DNA of 64,000 nt from Candidatus Latescibacterota bacterium (GTDB taxonomy: Bacteria > Latescibacterota > UBA2968 > GCA-2709665): contig CAXXJS010000040.1 of assembly GCA_963662665.2 (NCBI GenBank), positions 160,001 through 224,000 on the forward strand. The letters are read 5' to 3'. The notes below the pieces were generated by a model that saw only the letters and a list, made by a program, of their open reading frames with translations, searched no databases and had not been told where the DNA came from. Shown in pieces: positions 1 through 9,498 of the stretch. Position numbers and translations under genes: made by a program. Position 1 is the first letter of the stretch. Every line of letters starts with the position of its first letter.

Positions 1-917
1 AACTTCCCGGCGGCATTGTACGGATCGTCTTCCCCCGCGCGGATCCTGGCCGCGGCCCGATCCAGGCATTCACCCGACAGCGCCGCGTCCAATCGGTGGG
101 CCAGCCGCACCTCCACCCGCTCCCGCAATTCGCGCCGCATCTGCCGTTCGCGCAATCCTGCCAACCTCTCCTCGGTATTCAGATGGCGCAGGTACTCTTG
201 AAGCGCATCGAAGAGTTTCTCCACGCCCCCGCCGTCGGTAGCGACAGTACGAACCAGCCGCCCTTCCCAACCATCGACTTCGCCCCGCGCGTGAAGGGTT
301 TCTCTCAGTTCTGCCGCCAATCCGCCCGAACCGGGACGGTCGGACTTATTCAGTGCGATGACGTCCGCGATTTCCATCACACCGGCCTTCAGCACCTGGA
401 TCTCATCGCCCGACTCGGGTACCAGGGCCAGCACAACCGCATCGACGCAGTGAGTCACGTCCACTTCGGTCTGACCGACCCCGGCAGTTTCCACGAGGAC
501 CACGTCCTTTCCCATGGCTTCCATCACCCGAATCGCGTCCCTCGCCGCCCCGCACAGCCCGCCTGGAAGACCCTCGTTCGCCATGCTTCGAATAAACACC
601 AACGGGTCGCCCGACAGTCCCTGCATCCGGATGCGGTCACCCAGGAGCGCGCCGCCGGAAAACGGACTGGCAATATCCACGGCAAGTATGCCTACGGCAT
701 TTCCATTTTCGCGAAAGCGCTCCGCGAGACAACCGGCGAGCGTACTTTTTCCCGCTCCGGGCGGACCGGTGATGCCGATCCGGTAGGCGCCGCCGGTTGA
801 AGGATACAGGGCGGCGAGCAGTTTCGTCGAATCGGATTCCCGCCGCTCGATGAGCGAAATGGCCCGCGCGGCGGCGCGGTTGTCACCCGCGAGGACCCGG
901 GCGGCCAGATCTTTCAT
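1..917 (-). CDS. meaB: Methylmalonyl-CoA mutase-associated GTPase MeaB/ArgK; 3' end runs off the window
   Basis: Manual translation from ATG at 917: MKDLAARVLAGDNRAAARAISLIERR...RIGITGPPGAGKSTL...IAVDPSSP..GGAILGDRIRM. P-loop present; ATGA overlap with the upstream B12-binding gene. Not in the ORF track because there is no stop codon in the window. Confidence 0.92.
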   Translation of the reverse strand, partial: MKDLAARVLAGDNRAAARAISLIERRESDSTKLLAALYPSTGGAYRIGITGPPGAGKSTLAGCLAERFRENGNAVGILAVDIASPFSGGALLGDRIRMQGLSGDPLVFIRSMANEGLPGGLCGAARDAIRVMEAMGKDVVLVETAGVGQTEVDVTHCVDAVVLALVPESGDEIQVLKAGVMEIADVIALNKSDRPGSGGLAAELRETLHARGEVDGWEGRLVRTVATDGGGVEKLFDALQEYLRHLNTEERLAGLRERQMRRELRERVEVRLAHRLDAALSGECLDRAAARIRAGEDDPYNAAGK

Positions 918-1309
918 TTCACGGCTTCCCGAAGTCGTGCGACGATGTCGCCCGTGTGCGTGCCCGGACCCCAGAAGAATGCCAGACCTCCGGCCTTGAG
1001 CGCCTCCCGGTCGGCCGGCGTAACGATGCCGCCGCCAACCACTAGGATGTCATCTGCACCCCGCGCCCGAAGGAGATCCATCACCTTTGGGAAGATCGTC
1101 AGATGGGCCCCCGAAAGAGAGCTGATACCCAGCACGTCCACGTCTTCCTGGATCGCGGTGTTCACCACCTCATCCGCCGTGCGGTGCAGGCCCGTATAGA
1201 TGACTTCCATCCCAGCGTCCCGCAGCGCGCGCGCCACGACCTTGGCGCCCCGGTCGTGACCGTCCAGACCGACCTTTGCAATCAATACACGTATCTTGCG
1301 ACCGGACAC
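914..1309 (-). CDS. Cobalamin-binding subunit of an acyl-CoA (methylmalonyl-CoA) mutase
   Basis: KVGLDGHDRGAKVVARALRDAGMEVIY carries the DxHxxG B12 motif; likely GTG start at 1309 after GGGAGG. Confidence 0.92.
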   Translation of the reverse strand: MSGRKIRVLIAKVGLDGHDRGAKVVARALRDAGMEVIYTGLHRTADEVVNTAIQEDVDVLGISSLSGAHLTIFPKVMDLLRARGADDILVVGGGIVTPADREALKAGGLAFFWGPGTHTGDIVARLREAVK

Positions 1310-1557
1310 CTCAGCCTCCCGAATTGATCGTATCCGCGCCTTTTCACGGCGCACTTTCGAACTGGGGCCAATTGCCGGACGTTTTCGCTATCGGCCTGAT
1401 TTTCCTGCCTGCAAGTCAATTCGTACAAGGCCGGTTGCGAACCGTCGACACAGTTCTTATATTAACCTGCGATCTCTACGCCCCCGCCCCGGCGGGGCGC
1501 CATCTACGAGACTCAAACCACACTCAAGAATCCGATGTATGGCAGAAAGGCCGGATA

Positions 1558-2331
1558 ATGGCGGCGCCTGAATACCTTGTCCCCGATGACGTCTCAAATT
1601 TCAACAGGAACGGATACGTCCTGGTAGAGAACCTCTTCAGCGAAGACGAAGTCCGCATTCTGCTCAACGCGGTGGAAACAGGCGCGCGTGTGGCAAAGAA
1701 CACCCGTGCGACCTCCGACGCATCCGGAATGACGTCCAGGCTGGCTATCTGGCACGAACTGGGAGACGACATCTGGACCGCGGTTTCCACCTGTCCCCGC
1801 ATTGTCAATAATATCCGCATTCTTCTGGGCGAAGAGGTCGCCTTCTTCCACGGCAAAGTGATGTTCAAAGACGCCCACGAGGGCGGCGCGTGGGAGTGGC
1901 ACCAGGACTACGGATACTGGTACAATCAGGGGTTCGTCTTTCCCCGGATGATCAGCGCGTTTATCGCGCTGGACGACTGCAAGCGGGAAAACGGCTGCCT
2001 GCGGGTCCTTCGCGGGTCCCATCACCTCGGGCGGCTGGACCACGTCAGGGTCGGCACCCAGACCGGAACCGATCCCGCAAGGATTGCGGGTATCGAACCT
2101 CTGTTGGAATGCGTCTGCTGCGAGATGTCGCCCGGCTCCGTCCTCTTCTTTCACTGCAATCTTCTGCACGCCTCAACGCCCAATACGTCCACCCGCCATC
2201 GGCGGTCGTTCATCATCTGTTACAACGCCCTGGGCAACCCCCAACTCGTTGAGAAGAAAACCGCCGACCAATACCCCTGTCCGGTGGGGCCGGACGACGC
2301 CATCTCCCGGTACGGACCCGTGCCCGGATGA
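1558..2331 (+). CDS. Phytanoyl-CoA dioxygenase (PhyH) family Fe/2OG dioxygenase
   Basis: WHQDYGYW (HxD) plus distal H in LLHAS.PN; start taken at MAAPEY. Confidence 0.9.
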   Translation: MAAPEYLVPDDVSNFNRNGYVLVENLFSEDEVRILLNAVETGARVAKNTRATSDASGMTSRLAIWHELGDDIWTAVSTCPRIVNNIRILLGEEVAFFHGKVMFKDAHEGGAWEWHQDYGYWYNQGFVFPRMISAFIALDDCKRENGCLRVLRGSHHLGRLDHVRVGTQTGTDPARIAGIEPLLECVCCEMSPGSVLFFHCNLLHASTPNTSTRHRRSFIICYNALGNPQLVEKKTADQYPCPVGPDDAISRYGPVPG

Positions 2332-2378
2332 CCGTAAACAGCGTTTCCGGCTGACGCATGTACCATCAACGAAGATCC

Positions 2379-3419
2379 CTATCCGCTCAACACCTCCAGT
2401 TCACGGTCCCGCCCGGAAAGCGGCAACTCGGCCCACCCGGCGTTCCCGGCATGCGAGACGTGAAAACCCACAATTGCTTCAAGCGTCCGCACGGCTTCCG
2501 ACGCCGCGTAAGGGAACGGGTTGTCTCCGTCCAGCCAATCCACAATCTCACCCACCGCCACATCCATCGAAGAAGAACCCCGAGGATCCGGCCAGGGGTC
2601 CCGCCGACCGTCCCGGTAGTCCAGCACCACGTCTCTGCCGTCAAGCACGGCGGAGCCCTCCGTACCGTGGATGGAGATCAGCGGCGGCAGCGTCCCATAA
2701 TCCGCGGCGTCTACCGTGCAGATCAGTCCGTGCTCAAGGCGCAGCATGCCCCAGCCGCCCGGGTCGCGGAACTGCGCGCCGCGGCAGTCCGGCTTTCCCG
2801 ACGGATCCAGCGTACCCGACACCGCCTCGACGGCCCGTCCCGTTAACATCTGGATGGTATCGATGAAATGCGTACCCACGTTGCCCAGCCGGCCCGAACC
2901 CCACTGCATGGACGCGGACGTCAGGGCTCCCAGCGCGCCGTCGGCTATGAGGTCCCGCAGGCGCCGGGCGTTGGACTGAAATCGCCGGTTGTGGTTCACA
3001 ACGAGGAGCGTACCTGCGTCGTTGCACGCCTTCAGCATCCTCTCGGCGTCCGCAACCCGGGTCGCGACGGGTTTTTCGCAATAGACGGCGAGAACGCCCT
3101 GCTTTGCGCATGCGACCGTGATGTCGGCATGAACGGGCGCATAGGTGGCCACGCTTACAATATCGAGCGACTCCTCGGCCAGCATCTCGCGCCAATCGGC
3201 GTACGCAGGCACGCCGGTGCGTGCACTAAAGCGCTCCCTTCGCCCCGTGTCCCTGCTGGACCCGGACGCGACAGCCACCCGGGGATGCCCACGCAACGCA
3301 TCGACGTGGGTCCCGTCCAGGTCGCTCACCATCTGTCCTATTGCGTCGCCCGACACCTGGTCCGCGCCGCCGATATAGCCCAGACCCACAATCCCGGCGC
3401 GATAGGTTTCATCTGCCAT
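2379..3419 (-). CDS. Gfo/Idh/MocA family oxidoreductase
   Basis: GIVGLGYIG Rossmann motif, CEKP motif, VNHNRRF. Confidence 0.9.
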   Translation of the reverse strand: MADETYRAGIVGLGYIGGADQVSGDAIGQMVSDLDGTHVDALRGHPRVAVASGSSRDTGRRERFSARTGVPAYADWREMLAEESLDIVSVATYAPVHADITVACAKQGVLAVYCEKPVATRVADAERMLKACNDAGTLLVVNHNRRFQSNARRLRDLIADGALGALTSASMQWGSGRLGNVGTHFIDTIQMLTGRAVEAVSGTLDPSGKPDCRGAQFRDPGGWGMLRLEHGLICTVDAADYGTLPPLISIHGTEGSAVLDGRDVVLDYRDGRRDPWPDPRGSSSMDVAVGEIVDWLDGDNPFPYAASEAVRTLEAIVGFHVSHAGNAGWAELPLSGRDRELEVLSG

Positions 3420-3536
3420 GACTTATCCTCTTCCGGTTTTACGATGGGGGATTCGACGTCCTGTTCTCGTCTTGCCACCCGAATTGCGCAGCCGGGCGTT
3501 TGTCGTTCGGTTGGGCTCGGTCCGATCGGGTTTTCG

Positions 3537-4196
3537 TTACCCGTCCAACGCCACGGCCCGCCAGAGATACCAGCTTGCCACCGACCGGTACGGCCGCCAG
3601 ATCTCGCCGTGTTCCAGAAGCTCCGCCGGCTCGGGAAGCCCGCTTAACCCGTAAGTGAGCTTAAAGCCCTTTCTTACGCCCAGGTCCTTGACCGGCAGGA
3701 CGTCCGCCCGGCCCAGATCGAAGATCAGCATCATCTGCACGGTCCACTCACCCACCCCCCGGACACGCGTGAAACGACTGATGATCTCGTCGTCTGACAT
3801 CCCGTTCAGCCGCCGCCCCGGCGGGACCTCGCCTTTGAGCGTCTTTTCAGCAAGGTCTTTTATGGCCGCCACCTTGGCCCGGGACATCCCCGCACCGCGA
3901 AACGCTTCGTCGGGTAACGCCAGCACATGTTCCGGCTCAGGATGCGTGCTTTGAGGAAACAGATCTAGAACCCGGCCGTAAATCGTCCCGGCGGCCTTCC
4001 CGGAAAGCTGCTGGTAGACAATCGAGCGCATCAACGCACGAAACGGATGGTACGGCGCCTGCGCTTCCAGGAGGCATGGACCCGCGCGTTCAATCAAACG
4101 TCCCATCGCGGCGTCCACCTTCGAAAGCGCCGCAACGGCTTCTTCCGGATCGTATGTCAATCCATTCTCGATGGACGCCTCCGCGTTGCATCGCAA
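3537..4196 (-). CDS. DNA-3-methyladenine glycosylase II (AlkA-type HhH-GPD); start uncertain
   Basis: SIVYQQLSGKAA, VRGVGEWTVQM (HhH), DVLPVKDLGV, WRPYRSVASWYLW. Confidence 0.9.
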   Translation of the reverse strand: MRCNAEASIENGLTYDPEEAVAALSKVDAAMGRLIERAGPCLLEAQAPYHPFRALMRSIVYQQLSGKAAGTIYGRVLDLFPQSTHPEPEHVLALPDEAFRGAGMSRAKVAAIKDLAEKTLKGEVPPGRRLNGMSDDEIISRFTRVRGVGEWTVQMMLIFDLGRADVLPVKDLGVRKGFKLTYGLSGLPEPAELLEHGEIWRPYRSVASWYLWRAVALDG

Positions 4197-5159
4197 TTAA
4201 CCCGCGGCCTGGTTTTCGCCCCCTGATGCAGCGGCCAGAGCCACCGCGCCCAGCAGGCCCGAATTGCCTTTCAGCCTGGCGGGAATGATTTTCAGATGCG
4301 GTCTGTGCACCGGCATCAGAAACCGGTCCGTCTGTTTTCGCAGCGGTTCCAGCAACACCCTGCCGGCTTTCGCCACGCTGCCGCCTATCACAATGGCTTC
4401 CGGCGCCAGCGCGTTCATTGCGGCCGCCACGCCCATGCCCAGATACCGGCACGTCTCATTTACGAGTTCCAGAGCGAGCCCGTCGCCGGTCCGCGCGGTA
4501 TCGAAAACCGCTTTGGCCGTCACCGGACCATTCGCAGTCCCAAGGATCCCGCCGGCCCTCCGAGGCTGTTTGCGCACTGCCTCATCCCCGCGTCGACCGA
4601 TGGCCGTGCCGGAAGAAAGCGCTTCGAGACATCCCCGATTGCCGCAGTCGCAAAGCGGGCCGTCGGGAAGCACAGGTACGTGGCCGAGTTCGCCCGCGTT
4701 GCCGTTGGCGCCCCGGTAAATCTCCCCGTCGATGATGATTCCAGCGCCGATACCCGTGCCGATATTGTAATAGATCAGTTGGCTGCAGCCCCGTCCCGCG
4801 CCGAACGTCAATTCGCCCAGCGCGCCCGCGTTGGCATCGTTATCCACAATTGCCGGTATCCCGAGGTCCCGTTGGATTGTCTCGGGAATGGCCAGATTGT
4901 CCCAACCCGCCACGTGTGTTGAATTGACGATCCGCTGGCAAGCGAAATCCACGGGACCGCCGAAACTGATTCCGCACGCGGTCACCGCTTCCGGGGATGA
5001 CGCAATCAACCGGCGCCCGACCATCAGTACCCGTTCAATCATCCATTGGGCGCCGCCGGAGCGATCCGTGGAACCGGTTGTCCGCTCCAGGATACGACCG
5101 TCCCGCGTTCCCAGCGCAAGGGTGTAATTGGTGCCTCCAATATCGACCGCAAGGATCAT
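4197..5159 (-). CDS. ROK family sugar kinase (glucokinase-like)
   Basis: AVDIGGT, NDANAGALGE, GELGH, CDCGNRGCLE. Confidence 0.92.
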   Translation of the reverse strand: MILAVDIGGTNYTLALGTRDGRILERTTGSTDRSGGAQWMIERVLMVGRRLIASSPEAVTACGISFGGPVDFACQRIVNSTHVAGWDNLAIPETIQRDLGIPAIVDNDANAGALGELTFGAGRGCSQLIYYNIGTGIGAGIIIDGEIYRGANGNAGELGHVPVLPDGPLCDCGNRGCLEALSSGTAIGRRGDEAVRKQPRRAGGILGTANGPVTAKAVFDTARTGDGLALELVNETCRYLGMGVAAAMNALAPEAIVIGGSVAKAGRVLLEPLRKQTDRFLMPVHRPHLKIIPARLKGNSGLLGAVALAAASGGENQAAG

Positions 5160-5169
5160 GGACGCCGCC

Positions 5170-5934
5170 TCAGTCCGCCAGCCCGCGTTCGCGCAGATAG
5201 TCCAGCGACTGTTCGACCCGTCGTTCCACGTCGCGCCGCGAAAGCGATTCGCCCTGGATGCCTTCCAGTTCGAGCGTGTAGGGTCCGTTGCGTCCGTGAC
5301 CGGCGAAGATCTCGAATATAGAAGGAAAATCCACGATCCCCTCGCCAAGCGCGGGGAAGTGCCAGGTCTGAAAGGCGCCGTTCGTATCCTTCAGATGCAC
5401 GGCGGCCACCGCGTCGGACACCCTTCGAAACTGCTCGACCGCATCCACGCCCTCGTTGTAATAGTGGACGTTGGCCGTATCGAAATTGATGCGGATGTTG
5501 GGATGATTCACCCCGCGCATCGTCTGCAGCGCCACGTCGGCGTTCGTTATCAGATCCGGATGCGTTTCCATGGCAACGACAATCCCCCGTTCTGCCGCGG
5601 CGTCACCGATGTCCTGCAGCCGTCCGTAGACGAAATCCCGGTCTATGCCTCCGGTCTTTACGCTCGTGAACACCACGCCGACCCCCATCTCCGCCACCGT
5701 ACTCAGCGAGTGCTCGAACCGCTGGACCGCGTCGTCGGCATGCATCTCACAGCGAATGATGAGACTTGACGCGCGCAGTCCGAACCGGTCCAGTTCAAGC
5801 TGAACCGCTTCTCTCTCCTCGCGCTCGGGACAGGGAATTTCCACGTTGTTCAGACCGATCCGGGCAAGATGTTCGAACGCGCCGTCCCGATACTGTCTGT
5901 AGCTGTTCAGGTTGCACGCAATCAGGTTTACCAT
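5170..5934 (-). CDS. Sugar phosphate isomerase/epimerase (xylose isomerase-like TIM barrel)
   Basis: AMETHP, INFDTAN, VHLKD, LGEGIVDF, LELE motifs. Confidence 0.85.
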   Translation of the reverse strand: MVNLIACNLNSYRQYRDGAFEHLARIGLNNVEIPCPEREEREAVQLELDRFGLRASSLIIRCEMHADDAVQRFEHSLSTVAEMGVGVVFTSVKTGGIDRDFVYGRLQDIGDAAAERGIVVAMETHPDLITNADVALQTMRGVNHPNIRINFDTANVHYYNEGVDAVEQFRRVSDAVAAVHLKDTNGAFQTWHFPALGEGIVDFPSIFEIFAGHGRNGPYTLELEGIQGESLSRRDVERRVEQSLDYLRERGLAD

Positions 5935-5952
5935 TGTTCCTCCTTGTGACGG

Positions 5953-7209
5953 CTATCCGTACCGTACCCACCGGATCATTTCCGACAACGTGGCCCGTTT
6001 GCCACGCATCAGGATCCCGATCCGGTAGATCCGCGCGGCCGCCCACATCACCCCTGCAATGGTCCCCATCAGAATCAGGACCGACGCCGCGATTTCGATC
6101 CACGGAGGGGTGAGGACGTTCACCCTGACAATCATGATCATTGGCGCGAAAAACGGAATCAGGGACATCACCACGGACGGGGCGGCGCTGGGCTGCCGGG
6201 TGATAAACGTCATTGCAAGCAGCGAGAGGACCATTGGCACGATAACGAGGATTTGCAGGTGCTGCGCGTCCTGTTCGGTGTCGCAGATAGCGCCGATAAT
6301 TGCGTAGAGCGTGGCATACAGAAAATAACCCAGGACGAAATAGACGCCGAAGTAGACCACCATACCCGTTTCGATCGCAAAGGGCAGGTTGGGCCCGAAC
6401 GCCATCCTGCCGTACGCCGTGGCCAGCAGACCCACGCCGATCCAGACCGTGACCTGGACCAGGCTGGCGGCGCCGATACCCAGAATCTTGCCGGCCATCA
6501 TCTGCAACGGATCGACCGACGAAAGCATCACCTCCACCATGCGGGTGGACTTCTCTTCCAAAACCCCGCGCATAACCATGATGCCATAAATGATGGTTAC
6601 CATGTAAAGCAACATGGCGAACGCGAACGAAGTGAAATATTCCCGGGCAAATCCGCTCTTCTTTTCCTTCCCACCTACGATTTTCACCGTGTTCATCTGC
6701 ACCCGCCGGGTCCATTTTCGCACCGATTCCGGGTCCAGCCCCCGTTGCGCGAGCCTGTGGGCAACCACGATCTGACTCAACGCGCTTCGCAATCGCCCGA
6801 CCTGGCGCATATCGCTCACGTTCTTCCCGTATAAACCGGCCTCGCCCTTCTCGAAGACGTCCGGAGGCACAATCAGGTAGGCGTCCAGCTTTCCGGTGTT
6901 GATCTCGGACGTAAGTTGCCGGCGCGTGATTTCCAGATCGGGACCGGGCCGCACGTCCTGCAACAGATATTCGAGCCGGCCATCCTTGAGCCGTTCGTCC
7001 AGGCGGGAATCGAGCGGCCGGTACAGGATCCCGGTCTGGTCGACCACGGCAACACGCTTCTGTTTACCCACGTCGACCCGCGCCAATAGTACCGGAACCA
7101 GAATGCTGGCGACGACAAACACCGGCACGAGGAAGAGACCGATAAGGAAACTCTTCTTGCGGACAATCTCTGTGAATTCCCGGCGGACGATCTTCAGTGT
7201 TTTATTCAT
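5953..7209 (-). CDS. ABC-2 type transporter permease (NatB/YhaP-like)
   Basis: Multiple TM segments; VLEEKSTRMVEVMLSSV..MAGKILG motif. Confidence 0.9.
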   Translation of the reverse strand: MNKTLKIVRREFTEIVRKKSFLIGLFLVPVFVVASILVPVLLARVDVGKQKRVAVVDQTGILYRPLDSRLDERLKDGRLEYLLQDVRPGPDLEITRRQLTSEINTGKLDAYLIVPPDVFEKGEAGLYGKNVSDMRQVGRLRSALSQIVVAHRLAQRGLDPESVRKWTRRVQMNTVKIVGGKEKKSGFAREYFTSFAFAMLLYMVTIIYGIMVMRGVLEEKSTRMVEVMLSSVDPLQMMAGKILGIGAASLVQVTVWIGVGLLATAYGRMAFGPNLPFAIETGMVVYFGVYFVLGYFLYATLYAIIGAICDTEQDAQHLQILVIVPMVLSLLAMTFITRQPSAAPSVVMSLIPFFAPMIMIVRVNVLTPPWIEIAASVLILMGTIAGVMWAAARIYRIGILMRGKRATLSEMIRWVRYG

Positions 7210-8119
7210 CCTGGCCTTCTCCGGAATCTTCGCCGCCAACCGCCATCAAAAAGATATCTCTGAGGGACGGCTCCGAGACTTCGAACCGGTGGATCCGGGC
7301 CGCGGAAAGCGCCTGCCTCAGCAATTCGCCGGGGTCCGCGCCCGTCTGAAGTTCGACCTCCACGTGATTCCCGCGATGTTCCGCATGCCGAACCAGGTTC
7401 CTATCCTTGAGAAAATCGTCCCTCCCCTCAAAAGCAATGCGCAACCGGTTCCTTGTATATTGGGACTTCAATTCAGGTACCGTTCCTTCCAGAACCTTCC
7501 GACCGCGGTTGATCAGACAGATCCGGTCGCAAAGCGCTTCCGCGTCCTCCATCTGATGCGTGGAAAAAATGAGAATCTTGCCCTCAGACGTCAGGGTCTG
7601 CATGATTTCCTTCAGGACGGCCACGTTGATCGGATCCAGCCCGCTGAAAGGCTCGTCGAGAATCAGGAGATCGGGGTCGTGAATGACGGTCACGATGAAT
7701 TGCAGCTTTTGCTGCATACCCTTGGAAAGCTGATCCACGCGCCGGTTCGACCACTCCGAGAGACCCATCCGTTCGAGCCATTCTCCCGCGCGGCCCGCCG
7801 CTTCCGACCGGGTGAGCGACTTGATCTCCCCGAGAAACACCAGCAGGTCCATAACCCGCATTTTGGGATACAGCCCTCGTTCTTCGGGCAGATAGCCAAT
7901 CCGGTCCTTCGACAGTCCCGTTCCACCGTTGCCGTAATCGATGGTACCCGAATCCGGCCCGTAAATCCCCAGGATCGTACGAATTGTCGTGGTCTTGCCT
8001 GCACCGTTGGGACCCAGCAGACCGAAGACCTCACCGGCGGCGACGTCCAGGTCCAACCCGTCCACCGCCGTGACGCCGTCGAATGTTTTCGTGACCTGCT
8101 GGAGCAGAATCCTGCGCAT
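7202..8119 (-). CDS. ABC transporter ATP-binding protein (NatA/YhaQ-like)
   Basis: GPNGAGKTT, LSKGMQQK, LILDEPFSGLDP. Confidence 0.95.
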   Translation of the reverse strand: MRRILLQQVTKTFDGVTAVDGLDLDVAAGEVFGLLGPNGAGKTTTIRTILGIYGPDSGTIDYGNGGTGLSKDRIGYLPEERGLYPKMRVMDLLVFLGEIKSLTRSEAAGRAGEWLERMGLSEWSNRRVDQLSKGMQQKLQFIVTVIHDPDLLILDEPFSGLDPINVAVLKEIMQTLTSEGKILIFSTHQMEDAEALCDRICLINRGRKVLEGTVPELKSQYTRNRLRIAFEGRDDFLKDRNLVRHAEHRGNHVEVELQTGADPGELLRQALSAARIHRFEVSEPSLRDIFLMAVGGEDSGEGQDE

Positions 8120-8307
8120 ATGGTTCTCCCGTTACTGATCCGGACGGTTATGCGAAGTGCGGGCCGGCCGTTACCGGGGGCTGAACGTCCGCCCGGAACA
8201 GGGTTAAAATACGTGCAGCGGGAAGGGCGCGCAACAGGACTTTCCCTGCCGCTGAATGACACGCCTGCGCCGCCGCGATGCGACCGGCACGGTAGCGAGA
8301 TCTTTTA

Positions 8308-8353
8308 AGAATAAGAAAAGACGCCGGCCGTACTGGGTACGATCGACGTCTTT
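8308..8353 (-). terminator. Rho-independent terminator on the minus strand
   Basis: Minus strand reads AAAGACGTCGATCGTAC-CCA-GTACGGCCGGCGTCTTT then TCTTATTCTT; the G-U pairs form only on this strand. Confidence 0.7.
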
Positions 8354-8378
8354 CGGGAGGGATGTAGCATGGTTGTAT
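8308..8378 (-). ncRNA. Candidate ~70-nt small RNA between an ECF promoter and a terminator
   Basis: Short non-coding unit bounded by a TGAAAC-N16-CGTC promoter and a terminator; C/U-rich 5' segment. Confidence 0.45.
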
Positions 8379-8382
8379 CCGC

Positions 8383-8411
8383 TTAGACGCACTCCGGGCG
8401 GTAAGGTTTCA
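8383..8411 (-). promoter_or_regulatory. ECF sigma (SigW/SigM-type) promoter
   Basis: Minus strand: TGAAAC-cttaccgcccggagtg (16 nt)-CGTCTAA. Confidence 0.6.
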
Positions 8412-8537
8412 GTTTTCCGCAAACGTCAATTAATCTGTGTATATGGGCTTACCACTTGAACGGGTCGTTGCGAGAAACAGCCAATAGTCGCCGCGCGTTT
8501 TCCTGCGACCTGCGGCAGGGGTGCCGTGTTTTTGGAA

Positions 8538-8572
8538 TTGACATTGTGTGAATTACAGTTTACAATTGTATT
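8538..8572 (+). promoter_or_regulatory. Sigma70 promoter and operator of the TA module; probably a leaderless mRNA
   Basis: TTGACA(8538)-17 nt-TACAAT(8561); GTG start 6 nt after the -10; imperfect inverted repeat TGTGAA-N6-TTTACA overlaps the promoter. Confidence 0.75.
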
Positions 8573-8899
8573 GTGGAGATCAAGATTTATCAAAATCCCA
8601 ATGGCATCGAACCTTTTGCAGAATGGCTTTCTCCTATCAAGGACAAAGTGACGGTTGCCAGAATCCGAAGTCGTTTGAGGCGAGTGGAAGAGACTGGCAA
8701 TTTAGGTGATTATCGCTCAGTGGGAGATGGTGTCTTTGAATTTCGGCTCCAGTTTGGCGCCGGATACCGGGTTTATTTCGGCAGAATAGCAGACGACGCC
8801 ATTTTGCTGTTACGAGGAGGTAGAAAGGGTTCGCAAAGTCGAGATATTGAAAAGGCAAAAGCAGACTGGAAGCAGCATAATTCAAGGGACTACGAATGA
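8573..8899 (+). CDS. Type II TA toxin, RelE/ParE superfamily (addiction module killer protein, HI1419-like)
   Basis: PFAEWL...ARI..RL..GNLGDYRSVGDGVFEFRLQFGAGYRVYFG...GGRKGSQSRDIEKAK. Confidence 0.92.
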   Translation: MEIKIYQNPNGIEPFAEWLSPIKDKVTVARIRSRLRRVEETGNLGDYRSVGDGVFEFRLQFGAGYRVYFGRIADDAILLLRGGRKGSQSRDIEKAKADWKQHNSRDYE

Positions 8900-9204
8900 G
8901 TGCCTATAGAAATTTCAGGGACTATCATATTGAGCAGCTACGGAACCCGGAGGACGCGAAGATCTATCTTACCGTTGCGCTTGATGATTATGAAAAAAAC
9001 GGGGACATTGAAGCGTTCTTGCTGGCAGTCAGAGACGTAGCAGAGGCGCAGGGGGGCATGTCCAGGTTGGCCGCGCGGGTCAGCCTGACCCGAGAGGGAC
9101 TTTACAAAGCGCTTTCAAAAAATGGGAATCCGCAGCTCAACACGATGGGCGAAATTTTGCATGGATTGGGATTCAGGCTTTCGATAGAAGCACGAGAAAA
9201 CTGA
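8896..9204 (+). CDS. Addiction module antidote protein (HTH, HI1420-like)
   Basis: VAEAQGGMSRLA...REGLYKALSKNGNPQLNT; ATGA overlap with the toxin gene. Confidence 0.92.
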   Translation: MSAYRNFRDYHIEQLRNPEDAKIYLTVALDDYEKNGDIEAFLLAVRDVAEAQGGMSRLAARVSLTREGLYKALSKNGNPQLNTMGEILHGLGFRLSIEAREN

Positions 9205-9291
9205 CTAAAACTTCACAACCCAATACAAGGGTAAGTCAACAAGAGCAATCCCCAAGTCCATCTATACGGAAATATGGGTAGCGGCATTGCT

Positions 9292-9378
9292 CACGGCGCT
9301 TTGCTGACATCGGCTTCGCGTGAGAATCGGATACCATCCCTGTAAAAACAAAGCACCCGCTTTCGCGGGTGCCATTTT
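9292..9378. repeat. ~87-bp direct repeat, copy 1 (duplicate of the tRNA-Leu 3' flank and terminator)
   Basis: CACGGCGCTTTGCTGACATCGGcTTCGCGTGAGAATC...GCACCCGCTTTCGCGGGTGCC matches 10670-10757. Confidence 0.9.
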
Positions 9379-9429
9379 TGTTATTGAGGAGTCCATCCCC
9401 GGCGATACCATAGCAGGGCAGACCTGATC

Positions 9430-9498
9430 TTGACGTTTTTATGAAAATTGACTATATTGTCGTCAAATTACTGCGAAAAATGACGAGAGCATAGTCAA
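9430..9498 (+). promoter_or_regulatory. Sigma70 promoter with TTGAC/GTCAA inverted repeats
   Basis: TTGACG-17-TATATT; inverted pairs TTGACTAT/ATAGTCAA and TTGACG/CGTCAA. Confidence 0.55.

Noticed and set aside
96-800. 234-aa plus-strand ORF
   Set aside because: Antisense shadow of meaB on the minus strand.
6896-8308. 470-aa plus-strand ORF
   Set aside because: Antisense to the ABC transporter genes; long shadow ORFs are expected at high GC.
8350-8420. Possible c-di-GMP riboswitch or 6S RNA
   Set aside because: Lacks the GCAAA/GAAA-receptor architecture of the riboswitch and the ~180-nt rod of 6S RNA.
8204-8459. Small ORFs on both strands in the intergenic region
   Set aside because: No RBS or protein motifs; they run across a promoter and terminator that better explain the sequence.
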